From: Dehalococcoidia bacterium
Lineage (GTDB): Bacteria; Chloroflexota; Dehalococcoidia; Bin125
DNA: 64,000 bases
NCBI GenBank assembly: GCA_022828105.1
Contig: JAJEJC010000001.1
Location: 109,471 to 173,470, forward strand
Direction of reading: 5' to 3'
Part shown: one piece after another, positions 38,774 to 47,570 of the stretch
Numbering within the stretch: position 1 is the first letter of the stretch
Layout of the letters: every line of letters starts with the position of its first letter
Translations under genes and position numbers: made by a program
Notes under the pieces: generated by a model
The model's database searches: none
What the model saw: only the letters and a program-made list of their open reading frames with translations
Told to the model about the DNA's origin: nothing

Positions 38774-40510
38774 CTAGGGCACGCCCGACTTCTGGGGACG
38801 CACCAACGCCGTTGCCTGCGCAGCAAGGCGGAGGTCGCCCGCGCCGTTGGCGGATGCGCCGGCCGGTCGGGCGGCGGTCCGACCGTTGGCCGAGGCGCCG
38901 TTGGCGGCGGCCTCCGGGGCCAGGGTCAACTTGCATGAGGAATCGACGGGCTTGCCGTCTTCCCACTGCATCTGTGTCTGACGTTGCCGCTTGGGGACCA
39001 GGATCCAACCGACTACCCCGGAAATGAGCGCGAAGATGATGCCGAAGCGCATCGTGTCGGTGATCGCGTCGACGAAGGACTCGCGCAGCACGAGTTGGGT
39101 CTCCTGGAGCAGCGATGCATCCAGCGTCGGCAAGACCTGCTGCGCCGCCCCGATGCCGGTCGCGAGGATTTCCACGGACTGTTCCGGCAGTCCAATTGGA
39201 GCAAGCCCTGAGTTGACCCCGGAGGAGTACACGGCTGCAGCGAAGGAACCGAGAATCGCAATCGCCAGCGTGCCGCCGAGCTGGCGTCCGGCATTGTTGA
39301 CCGCCGACGCTTTGCCAGCCAGGTCGACCGGCACCGAGGCCATCGCCGTGTCGGTGGTGGCCGGCATATGCATCGCGCCGCCCATACCGAGGAAGGCCAG
39401 GCCCAGGCCGATTATCCAGTAGGGCGTGTCGATATCGAGGACGAAGCTGAACAACAGCAGCGCCCCGCCGCCGTGGATCGCAGGAGCCCAGAAGAGCATG
39501 AAGCGTGGACCCAGCACCGGCAACAGGCGCGCCGCGACCGGCGCGAAGAACATCATCATTAGCGCCAGCGGCATCAGCCGCGCGCCGCTCTCGGTGGCCG
39601 ACATGCCCTGCACCAGTTGGAAGAACTGCGGCATGTAGAACATGACGCCCATCAAGGCGAACATGATGAAGAACATCCCGATCATCGACCCGGTGAAGTC
39701 GCGCTGCTTGAAGAACGCCATCGGCAGCAGCGGCTGATCGGTGCGCCGCTCGATGATGATGAACAGCAGCGCCGACACGATCGCGACCGCGAACGATCCC
39801 ACGATCAGCGAGTCGGTCCAGCCCTTCTGGATGCCCTCGATGATTGCGAAAACGATGGCGACCATGGCGATCGTGCCGGTGATCGCGCCGGGCACGTCGA
39901 GCTTGGTGTGCAACTGCGAGCGCGACTCCGGCACCACCGCCATGCCGAGCATCGACAGCGCCGCGATCGGCGCGGGCACCCAGAAGACGCCCGCCCAGCC
40001 GATCAGGTCGACGAGCACGCCGCCGACCAGCGGGCCGAAGGCCATGCCGAATCCCATCGCGCCGGCCCAGATGCCGATTGCCCGGCCTCGTTCCTCGCGC
40101 GGGAAGACCGCAGTCAGGATCGACAGCGTCTGCGGGATCACGAGCGCGCCGCCGAGACCCTGGAGACCGCGTCCGACGATCAGGAAGTTGGCATCGGGCG
40201 AGAAAGCCACCGCGATCGAGGCGGCGACAAAGATGCCCATGCCGATCATCAAGGTCTTGCGGCGACCGAAGCGGTCGCCCAGCGCGCCGGCCAGGAGCAG
40301 CAGGCCGCCGAAGATCACCATGTACGCGTCGGCGACCCAGAGCGATTGCGACTCCGACATCTCGAAGGCGCGTTTAATCGCGGGCAGGGCGGTGTTGATG
40401 ATCGTCGCGTCGAGCTGGACCAGCATCTGCGCGCCGGCCAGCACCAGCAGGATCGCCCAACGGCGCCGGTTCGTCGCCGGCCCCGCGCTCGTCGTCGGCT
40501 GAGCGCTCAT
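38774..40510 (-). CDS. MFS transporter, DHA2 family (tandem paralog of the downstream gene)
   Basis: LDATIINTALPAIKRAFEMSESQSLWVADAYMVIFGGLLLLAGALGDRFGRRK, which is about 60-70% identical to the neighbouring gene. Confidence 0.88.
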   Translation of the reverse strand: MSAQPTTSAGPATNRRRWAILLVLAGAQMLVQLDATIINTALPAIKRAFEMSESQSLWVADAYMVIFGGLLLLAGALGDRFGRRKTLMIGMGIFVAASIAVAFSPDANFLIVGRGLQGLGGALVIPQTLSILTAVFPREERGRAIGIWAGAMGFGMAFGPLVGGVLVDLIGWAGVFWVPAPIAALSMLGMAVVPESRSQLHTKLDVPGAITGTIAMVAIVFAIIEGIQKGWTDSLIVGSFAVAIVSALLFIIIERRTDQPLLPMAFFKQRDFTGSMIGMFFIMFALMGVMFYMPQFFQLVQGMSATESGARLMPLALMMMFFAPVAARLLPVLGPRFMLFWAPAIHGGGALLLFSFVLDIDTPYWIIGLGLAFLGMGGAMHMPATTDTAMASVPVDLAGKASAVNNAGRQLGGTLAIAILGSFAAAVYSSGVNSGLAPIGLPEQSVEILATGIGAAQQVLPTLDASLLQETQLVLRESFVDAITDTMRFGIIFALISGVVGWILVPKRQRQTQMQWEDGKPVDSSCKLTLAPEAAANGASANGRTAARPAGASANGAGDLRLAAQATALVRPQKSGVP

Positions 40511-40965
40511 GCCATCCGCCAGCGCGGCTGGACCAGGTCGTCGGCCGTCCGCTCAAAGACGACCCGGACCGGCGCGCCGATTTGCATCGCGCCGCCCAGG
40601 GGCGCGTCGACGATCGTTCCCATTAGTTTGATCTCGGGCACGTCGTCGAGTTCGACCAGCGCCACAACGTAGGGTCCGAACTCACGCAGCGAGGGGTGCG
40701 CCGGATGCACGACTTCGACCCAGGACCAGACTGTCCCGGTACCCGCCACTTCTTCCCAATCCATGTTGAAGCTGTAGCAGCTGTGGCAGATCAGCTCGGG
40801 CGGATACTGGTGAGCGACGCAGTCGGTACAGGACTGGACGACGAGCCGCCCTTCGGCTGCGGCGTCAAAGTAGCCGGCGTTGATTGGGCATTCGGGGTCG
40901 GGCGCGGTCATCCCATCGGGAAAGAACGGCTCGTCGAGGAACTCTGAGGCGGGTCGGGTCGTCAT
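40507..40965 (-). CDS. DUF35 / OB-fold zinc-ribbon protein (thiolase partner family)
   Basis: Cys4 ribbon (CTDCVAHQYPPELICHSC) plus an OB-fold. Its stop overlaps the MFS start (ATGA). Confidence 0.75.
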   Translation of the reverse strand: MTTRPASEFLDEPFFPDGMTAPDPECPINAGYFDAAAEGRLVVQSCTDCVAHQYPPELICHSCYSFNMDWEEVAGTGTVWSWVEVVHPAHPSLREFGPYVVALVELDDVPEIKLMGTIVDAPLGGAMQIGAPVRVVFERTADDLVQPRWRMA

Positions 40966-41009
40966 GTCTCGGAGGGTAACGTGTCGGCGCGAAGATAATC
41001 TCTATTGCC

Positions 41010-41981
41010 ATGCGACGCATGTGGTCCGCTGCGATCCTCTCATCTGCCTGCCTTGTGCTGTTTGCGGCAGCACCGACGCGAGCACTTGCCGAGCCTCCGC
41101 TGTGCGGTCTCGCCGCGAGTTTCGAGCGGGAAGTCATGCAGTCTGGGGCGACGCTCGGCGCGGCGGTCTATGACCTGGACGCGCAGATTATCTGGTCCGG
41201 CGGCGTCGACGGCCCGTACGCGATGCACAGCATGGTCAAACCGGCGATCGCCTGGGCGATCATGACCGACGCCTACGAACAGGGGATCGAACTGACCAAG
41301 TTGCAGCGCGACGCGCTGTTCTACATGGTTGCTTGGTCGCAGAACGCGGACGTCAACACCCTGCTCGGCATGATTGGTGGACTGTCCGGTCTGAGCGAGT
41401 ACTACGCCCGACTCGGAGTACGCGAACTGGCTAGGCTCCAGCACGAGAGCCGATGGGGTTCCGGTCGAGCCAGCCCGTCGGATCTGGCGAGGCTGTTCGC
41501 TGCGCTGGCAGTGTCGCAGGAGGTGCCGGACGCGGTCCGCGCCGAAGGATTCGAGCTCCTTCGCCAGAGTGTCCCGGAGCACGTCTGGGGAGCAACGATT
41601 CCGACGCGCAGACTGGTCGGATGGGAGTCGTTGATCAAGACCGGCAACTTCATTCTCGGCGGCGCCGACAGTCAAGACATCGACGGCGAAACCGACGCGT
41701 CGCCGGAGTCATCCGCGGATCGGGCCGCTCAAGCAGACTTCAATGGGGCAGAGGATGAGGTTGTGCGGATGAACAGCGCCGCGATCTGGTTGGAGGCCCC
41801 GTGGCTCGACGGACGGCCGCGATACGTCATTGCGATCATGCAGGAGAGCGGTCTCGGATGGTCCCGCTCACGGGCGCTGCAGGACCGGATCGGGGCGACG
41901 CTCGCCAATGCGATCGCCGACCGGCTGCTTGGGCAATTTCATACTCCTCGAGGGCATTGCCTCAAGCGAATGCTGTACTAG
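41010..41981 (+). CDS. secreted class A beta-lactamase-fold serine hydrolase
   Basis: Signal peptide (AAILSSACLVLFAAAPTRALA), SxxK (SMVK), an SDN-like SQN motif and KTG (LIKTGNF). Confidence 0.7.
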   Translation: MRRMWSAAILSSACLVLFAAAPTRALAEPPLCGLAASFEREVMQSGATLGAAVYDLDAQIIWSGGVDGPYAMHSMVKPAIAWAIMTDAYEQGIELTKLQRDALFYMVAWSQNADVNTLLGMIGGLSGLSEYYARLGVRELARLQHESRWGSGRASPSDLARLFAALAVSQEVPDAVRAEGFELLRQSVPEHVWGATIPTRRLVGWESLIKTGNFILGGADSQDIDGETDASPESSADRAAQADFNGAEDEVVRMNSAAIWLEAPWLDGRPRYVIAIMQESGLGWSRSRALQDRIGATLANAIADRLLGQFHTPRGHCLKRMLY

Positions 41982-41982
41982 C

Positions 41983-43194
41983 TCAGTTGCGGAAGATCGC
42001 CGAAGAGATAGGCGCAGAGGCTGGGCCTGCCGCGACGATGCAGGTCCGCGCGCCTTCGACCGGAGTGGTGGAGTCGCCGCGCAACTGGCGCACCGCCTCG
42101 ACGGCGAGGTTGAATCCGTGCGTGTAGGCCTCGGCGAGATTGCCGCCCGAGGTGTTGATCGGGAACTCGCCCGCATGCGGCGCGCTCGGATCGGCGACCT
42201 GCCTCGCCTCCAGCCGGCCGCCCTCGCAGAACGGTCCGCCTTCGCCGACCGCGCAGAACTTGTGATCCTCGAACGAGGTCAACACCTGACCGGTGAAGTT
42301 CTCGTAGAACTGGCCGCAGTCAATCTCGTCGGGTCCCATGCCGGCTGCCGAGTAGAGCCGATCGACCATCGTCGTGTAGTTCGAACTCATGAAATCGTCG
42401 TGCCAGAAGCCGTCGACGACATTGCCCTGGCGGTGCCCGGATCCCTGCACCGACGCGGCGAGGTAGACCGGCGTGTCGGTGAAGTCCTTCGCGATCTCGG
42501 CCGTGGTCAGGATCATGGCTGCCGCGCCGTCGGTCTCGAGGCAGCAGTCATAGAGGCGGTAGGGGTCGGCGATCATCCTGGAGTTCTGGTGGTCTTCCAG
42601 CGTGATCGGCCGTCCGTTCATTACAGCGCGAGGATTGTTCTGGGCATGCTTGTTGGCGGCGACGGCGATCTGTCCGAGTTGCGCCGAGGTCGTGCCGTAC
42701 TCATGCATGTGGCGCTGCATCTTCATCGCGAGGAACTGCGCGGGCGACATCAGACCTTGCGGCACGTTGAAGGCGTACTGGCCGCGCAATCGACCGCCGC
42801 GGCGCGACTGACCGAAGCGACCGAACTCGCCCTGCGCCAGCGCCCGATAGACGACCACGAAGTTGGCGTAGCCGGCAACGATCCCGGCCGCCGCGTTGCC
42901 GATTGCGGCGCAAACGCCCCCGCCGCCACCGCCGTAGACCATCGAGGCGAAGGCGTAGTGGGGCAGATCCAGCGCGGTCGAGAGGCGGTTGGGGTCGTTG
43001 CGGTCGGCCGAGTAGGAGGAGAAGCCGTCCAACATCCGAGGTTCGAGTCCCGCGTCGGCACAGGCGGCGAGAATTGCCTCGAGCGCCAGGCGAAACTCCG
43101 GGCGGCCGACCCGGCCGTGCTTCGTGTACTCGGTCTCGCCGACACCGATCACGGCTACGCGGTCGCGGATGTTGCGGTCGTACTCGTATGCCAT
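41983..43194 (-). CDS. thiolase-like protein (SCP-x / DUF35-associated lipid-transfer type)
   Basis: MAYEYDRNIRDRVAVIGVGETEY...GGGGGGVCAAIGNAA...PINTSGGNLAEAYTHGFN. The start is ATG 43192-43194; the 941-aa track ORF is a GC-driven upstream extension. Confidence 0.85.
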   Translation of the reverse strand: MAYEYDRNIRDRVAVIGVGETEYTKHGRVGRPEFRLALEAILAACADAGLEPRMLDGFSSYSADRNDPNRLSTALDLPHYAFASMVYGGGGGGVCAAIGNAAAGIVAGYANFVVVYRALAQGEFGRFGQSRRGGRLRGQYAFNVPQGLMSPAQFLAMKMQRHMHEYGTTSAQLGQIAVAANKHAQNNPRAVMNGRPITLEDHQNSRMIADPYRLYDCCLETDGAAAMILTTAEIAKDFTDTPVYLAASVQGSGHRQGNVVDGFWHDDFMSSNYTTMVDRLYSAAGMGPDEIDCGQFYENFTGQVLTSFEDHKFCAVGEGGPFCEGGRLEARQVADPSAPHAGEFPINTSGGNLAEAYTHGFNLAVEAVRQLRGDSTTPVEGARTCIVAAGPASAPISSAIFRN

Positions 43195-43278
43195 GTCAGC
43201 CTCCCTCGACTCAGAGGAGGGTAGGCGATCGCTCGGGGCTATCCTCAACTCGCATTCCTTCAGAGAGGGAGTTTCGAC

Positions 43279-44571
43279 ATGACCGACTTTGCCAACCTGC
43301 CCGTTGCCGAACCTGCGTCGTTGGGGATCGATCCTGATCGGCTTGCCCGCACCGATGCGCGCATGGCTCAGGCGGTCGAGAACCGCGAAGTGCCCGGCGT
43401 GGTGACCGTGTTGATCCGGCACGGACACCTTGCCCACGTCTCGGCGCACGGCTACCTCGACGCCGGACGGGAGACTCCCTTGCCGTTCGACGCGCTGTTC
43501 CGCATGTACTCGCAGACCAAGCCGGTCACGGCGGCGCTGACGATGCAGTTGCAGGAAGAGGGCGTCTTCTACGTCGACGAGCCGATCACGAAGTGGCTGC
43601 CTGAGTTCGAGCATCGGCAGGTGCTGGCCCCGTTCGATCCGCCCAACAAGGTGCGCGGCGAGGGTCTGCTGATGGGTCAGACGGTACCGATGACAAGGCA
43701 GATCACGATTCGCGATCTGCTGACGATGACCTCGGGTCTGCCTTCGTTCAGCAACATTCCCTCGGCGATGTTCCCGATGCTCGAACCGGCCTGGAGCGGG
43801 ACGGAGTTCGGCATCACCAATCCGGGCGTCGTCGATACGTCGGTTTCGGCGGAGACGCGCGTGCTGCAGATGGCGCAGTTGCCCAACGCGAGGCAGCCAG
43901 GCGCGGCCTGGGAGTACGCCGCCGACTTCGACGTGCTGACCCTGCTGCTCGAACGCGCCGCTGGTCAGAACCTCGACGCGCTGTTCCAGGAGCGTATCTT
44001 CGGCCCGCTCGGGGTCGAAGGCTGCGGCTTCTATTGCCCGCCCGAGGACGCCGATCGCCTCGTCACCAACCACCACTGGTCCGAGACGGACGCGCTCAAC
44101 CCTGTGGAGCGTCCCGAGGACTCGCACAAGGTGCGTGAGTCGGTGGGGCAGCAGATCTCCGGCAACGGCCTCTACGGAGGCGTTTTGATGACGCCTGCGG
44201 CCTACACACGATTCGCCGCGATGCTGCTCAACGGCGGCGAGCTTGACGGTCAGCGCGTGCTGGGTCGGAAGACGATCGAGCTGATGACCTCGAATCATCT
44301 CGGCGCGATTTGCGGCACCGAAATCGACCTGACCGGCCCCGGTTACGGCTTCGGTTTCGGCTACGCGGTCCGCGACCGGATTGCGGGGACGGCCTACCCG
44401 GGCAGCATCGGCACCTACGGCTGGGGCGGCGCGGCGGGGACGTGGTTCTTCGTCGACCCGTCCGAGAACCTGGCCGGCCTCTTCTTCACCCACGTCTTCA
44501 TGTACCAGTTCAACCCGGCCGCGTACCTGGAGACGGACTTCGAGAAGGGCGTCTACGAGGCGTTGATGTAG
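43279..44571 (+). CDS. beta-lactamase/transpeptidase-like serine hydrolase (class C / esterase family)
   Basis: SQTK (SxxK), a PF00144-like architecture and C-terminal GWGGAAGTWFFVDP. Confidence 0.85.
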   Translation: MTDFANLPVAEPASLGIDPDRLARTDARMAQAVENREVPGVVTVLIRHGHLAHVSAHGYLDAGRETPLPFDALFRMYSQTKPVTAALTMQLQEEGVFYVDEPITKWLPEFEHRQVLAPFDPPNKVRGEGLLMGQTVPMTRQITIRDLLTMTSGLPSFSNIPSAMFPMLEPAWSGTEFGITNPGVVDTSVSAETRVLQMAQLPNARQPGAAWEYAADFDVLTLLLERAAGQNLDALFQERIFGPLGVEGCGFYCPPEDADRLVTNHHWSETDALNPVERPEDSHKVRESVGQQISGNGLYGGVLMTPAAYTRFAAMLLNGGELDGQRVLGRKTIELMTSNHLGAICGTEIDLTGPGYGFGFGYAVRDRIAGTAYPGSIGTYGWGGAAGTWFFVDPSENLAGLFFTHVFMYQFNPAAYLETDFEKGVYEALM

Positions 44572-44573
44572 CG

Positions 44574-45014
44574 TCATTCGCGTTCCGGCAGCGATCGCCA
44601 GAGCGCCGCGGCCAGGAAGGGCAGGATGATCACCTGGCCATAGGCGCCGGGCGGCGGCTTGTCGATGTTGAGCGGCTTGGATCGGCCGACGAGGATGCGT
44701 CCGATGTTGTCCAGGAGGTTGATCAACAGGATCAGGGGGATCAGTCCTCGATAGCGGATCAGGGCGAGCCAGGCGAGGCCGGCAAGGAGGAGTTGTTCGA
44801 GTCCCCATTGGGCGAAGATGGCGACGATGTTCTGGCCGCCCGCGACATCGAGGTCTATCCCGGCGATGGAGGCGGCGCCACCGTCTTTGCGAAAGACGTG
44901 GACGCAGCTTCGGAAGGTGATGACGAGGCAGAGGAAGAGGTAGAACCTGGTGACCCAGGGATCGCCCTGATAGGTCTTGGCGTCGTCGGGGAGGATTGAA
45001 CTGACGGATCGCAC
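44574..45014 (-). CDS. hypothetical membrane protein
   Basis: Three to four hydrophobic segments with no recognisable family. Confidence 0.4.
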   Translation of the reverse strand: MRSVSSILPDDAKTYQGDPWVTRFYLFLCLVITFRSCVHVFRKDGGAASIAGIDLDVAGGQNIVAIFAQWGLEQLLLAGLAWLALIRYRGLIPLILLINLLDNIGRILVGRSKPLNIDKPPPGAYGQVIILPFLAAALWRSLPERE

Positions 45015-45018
45015 TTGT

Positions 45019-45348
45019 TCAGTCCTCCATTCCCTCGGTCAACGATTCTGGAATGTCTCTGGCAGTGTGCAGGACTCGCCAGAGATCGATGTGGTTGTCT
45101 TGCTCTACGTAGAAGGCCATGTACGGAAAGCCGCCAATCGGCCACGCGCGAACGCCGGGTAACCGCTGCCGGCGTCCGATTCGTGGCGATCCAGAGGAGG
45201 GAAGCTGGCCGATATGCAGGTATGCCTGTTCCAAGGCATCAATAAAGGATCGCGCTACGGACGCTGACGCTTCAGCCAGATAGTGTGCGATGATCTGATC
45301 GATGTCGGCCATCGCCCTGTCCCTGGGAACAATTGGCTTCCCGCTCAC
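45019..45348 (-). CDS. parE: type II toxin ParE/RelE family
   Basis: About 100 aa (IDQIIAHYLAEASASVARSFIDALEQAYLHIGQLP...WPIGGFPYMAFYVEQDNHIDLWRVLHTARD). The upstream gene overlaps its start by 4 nt. Confidence 0.72.
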   Translation of the reverse strand: MSGKPIVPRDRAMADIDQIIAHYLAEASASVARSFIDALEQAYLHIGQLPSSGSPRIGRRQRLPGVRAWPIGGFPYMAFYVEQDNHIDLWRVLHTARDIPESLTEGMED

Positions 45349-45584
45349 GACGGTTCATGCTCGCGGACACGCCTACGAAGCTCTTCAAAGTACTCCGCAT
45401 CCGCCACGCCCGCTGGCGGTGAGTTCATACCCTCAATGAGCAGATCACGCAGCTTGTGAGTGTCTTGCTCTCTGCGAATCAGGTCGCGGATGTATTCGCT
45501 GGATGAGGCATAGCCTCGCTCTGCTACCTGCTGATCTACGAAGGACTTTTGTGACTCGGGGAGGGAGACATTCATTGTGCTCAT
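45345..45584 (-). CDS. parD: type II antitoxin ParD (CopG/RHH)
   Basis: MSTMNVSLPESQKSFVDQQVAERGYASSSEYIRDLIRRE is the ParD/COG3609 pattern. The start was chosen at the internal ATG 45584. Confidence 0.72.
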   Translation of the reverse strand: MSTMNVSLPESQKSFVDQQVAERGYASSSEYIRDLIRREQDTHKLRDLLIEGMNSPPAGVADAEYFEELRRRVREHEPS

Positions 45585-45654
45585 TGGATCACTCTCTTGG
45601 CATTGGCAAAGATTGACAATCTTTGCCAAGAACGGTTCATCACAGGGTACATCT

Positions 45655-46827
45655 TCAGTCCCCGATGGTCCGGGTTGGGAAGTCCCTGGCGGGGTGGGCT
45701 TTAAGGACTTCTTCGTCGAGGTCGATGCCGAGGCCGGGGGTTGTGGGGAGGGCGATGTGGCTGTCTTCGACCTGGAAGGCGGGTGTGGCGGCCTGTTGGC
45801 CCCAGGGTTCGAAGTTGACGAAGTACTCGGTGATGATGAAGTTGGGCATCGTGGCGGCGGCGTTGAGGGTTGAGGCGAGGGCGACGGTGGTCGAGTTGTA
45901 GTTGTGCGGGGCGACGGCGACGAAGTAGACCTCCGCCATAGCGGCGATTTCGGTCAGTTCCTTGATCCCGCCGACGTTGGCGACATCGGGGTTGATGATC
46001 TCGGCGGCGCGCTGCTCGAAGGCCTCGCGGAATTCGAACTTGGTGTAGAGCTCCTCGCCGGTGACGGTTGGGATGTTGATCTGCGCGGTGGCGGCGGCGA
46101 GGGCGGTCATGTTCTCGGCCCAGACCGGCTCCTCGAACCAGAACGGCTCGTACTCCTCGACCATCTGCGAGAGTCGGACGGCGTTGGACGGGCTGAGGCG
46201 GCGGTGGATTTCCAGCAGCACGTCGACGTCGGGTCCGACGGCCTCGCGCACAGCGCGCACGCGCTCGGCGGCGAGGCGGAGTTCCTTCATCCCGACGTAG
46301 CTCCGCCACTTGCCGGGCACGGGGTCGAACTTGAGGGCGGTGAAGCCTCGCTCGACCATGGCGCGTGCGCGGGCCTGGAGCTCATCGATGTCATCCATCC
46401 TGGCCCAGCCGTTGGCGTAGACGCGCAGCCGATCGCGGACCGCGCCGCCGAGGAGCTGGTGGACGGGCAGGCCCGCGCGCTTGCCGGCCAGGTCCCACAT
46501 TGCCTGTTCGACGCCGGAGACGGCGGAGTAAAGGTCCATCGCGCCGCGGCGGTTGCCGAAGTCGTTGTAGATCGCGTCAGTCCAGGGCTTGATCCGGGCG
46601 GCGTCCCAGCCGACGATGTAGCGCCGCATGGCGTCGAGGTGGGCGGTGATCTGGATGTCGCGGTCGGACTGGGTGTAGCACTCGCCCCAGCCGTGCAGAC
46701 CGTCGGCGGTTTCGAGTCGGACGAAGCAGAGGTTCTTGCCGGCGATGTAGCGGTCGGGCTGGCCGCTGTCCGGCGCGGTTGGGTGAACGAGGTAGTAGCG
46801 CAGGTCGACGATGGTGGAGTCGGTCAT
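45655..46827 (-). CDS. enolase-superfamily enzyme (mandelate racemase / muconate lactonizing enzyme family dehydratase)
   Basis: MR/MLE N- and C-terminal domains (KFDPVPG...LLEIHRRL...FEEP...). The start is ATG 46825-46827; the upstream part of the track ORF is a translated repeat. Confidence 0.86.
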   Translation of the reverse strand: MTDSTIVDLRYYLVHPTAPDSGQPDRYIAGKNLCFVRLETADGLHGWGECYTQSDRDIQITAHLDAMRRYIVGWDAARIKPWTDAIYNDFGNRRGAMDLYSAVSGVEQAMWDLAGKRAGLPVHQLLGGAVRDRLRVYANGWARMDDIDELQARARAMVERGFTALKFDPVPGKWRSYVGMKELRLAAERVRAVREAVGPDVDVLLEIHRRLSPSNAVRLSQMVEEYEPFWFEEPVWAENMTALAAATAQINIPTVTGEELYTKFEFREAFEQRAAEIINPDVANVGGIKELTEIAAMAEVYFVAVAPHNYNSTTVALASTLNAAATMPNFIITEYFVNFEPWGQQAATPAFQVEDSHIALPTTPGLGIDLDEEVLKAHPARDFPTRTIGD

Positions 46828-46878
46828 TGGGGGCTCGCAATCAGTTGGGGCCGGGTCGCTCATACGATATCGGCGTGT

Positions 46879-46938
46879 GGGGCAGCCCCCCTCTGCCTTC
46901 GGCATCTCCCCCCGCCTGACGGCGGGGGGAGAGGGGAA
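46879..46938 (+). repeat. GC-rich REP/MITE-like element, canonical copy (GGGGCAGCCCCCCTCTG-GCCTTCGGC-ATCTCCCCCCGCCTGACGGCGGGGGGAGAGGGGAA)
   Basis: Seen directly; located upstream of the enolase-superfamily gene. Confidence 0.85.
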
Positions 46939-47101
46939 TAGGCGGGGACGCGGGAGGGCGGTCCGCGCCGACATCGTGGTCGTCAAGCGGGCACGGGGCG
47001 CTGAAGAGCGCGTCGTAGAGCAGGCGCTGGCGGTCGGTTGGAAAAAACGGCGTTCAGCGTGCAGCTGCTCGACTACGCCCCGCAGCGGCCAATCTGCGGG
47101 A

Positions 47102-47476
47102 TTAGGGCGGTTCATCATCGTCATGGTTGGAGCCGTCCTCGTCTTCCGGTTCGTCGCTGGCGATGCCGAAGTGCGCTTCGGCGCGTGCGATTTCTTCTTC
47201 GGTCGGGGGCGAGCCGTTCTGAATCTCAACGACCCGTTTGTAGCCGGGGCTGATCTCCTCGGGGACTTCATTGGCGTCGTTGTGCAAGGCCGCGCGGGCG
47301 GTGTCGTAGGCGAGCCTGGCTTCGTAGTGGGCCTGGGCGTAGAGACCCTTGATGTGGGCGAGGGCTTTGGTGGCGCTGTGCTGGACGTAGGCGGGGCCGT
47401 TGGTGGCCTGGTGTCGGAGTTGGTCGATGATGGCGTCGTTGGTGAAGGGGAGGGGTGGGTTGGCGGCATGGGACAT
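47102..47476 (-). CDS. hypothetical small protein with an acidic C-terminal tail
   Basis: MSHAANPPLPFTND...ASDEPEDEDGSNHDDDEPP, with GGAG 10 nt upstream of ATG 47476. It lies co-directionally immediately downstream of the nuclease gene. Confidence 0.4.
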   Translation of the reverse strand: MSHAANPPLPFTNDAIIDQLRHQATNGPAYVQHSATKALAHIKGLYAQAHYEARLAYDTARAALHNDANEVPEEISPGYKRVVEIQNGSPPTEEEIARAEAHFGIASDEPEDEDGSNHDDDEPP

Positions 47477-47570
47477 GAGGTGAACTCCTGCTCGTGGTGT
47501 CAGGGGTTCGATCTTATGCACACTGGTGTTCGATGTGGGGTGTGAGGGTGTGGTGGGGTTGACTGGAGGA

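Noticed and set aside
41983-44808. 941-aa minus-strand ORF
   Set aside because: Only the 3' 404 codons (MAYEYDRN...) are the thiolase-like gene. The upstream 537 codons are a stop-free artefact of high GC running antisense through the AmpC-like gene.
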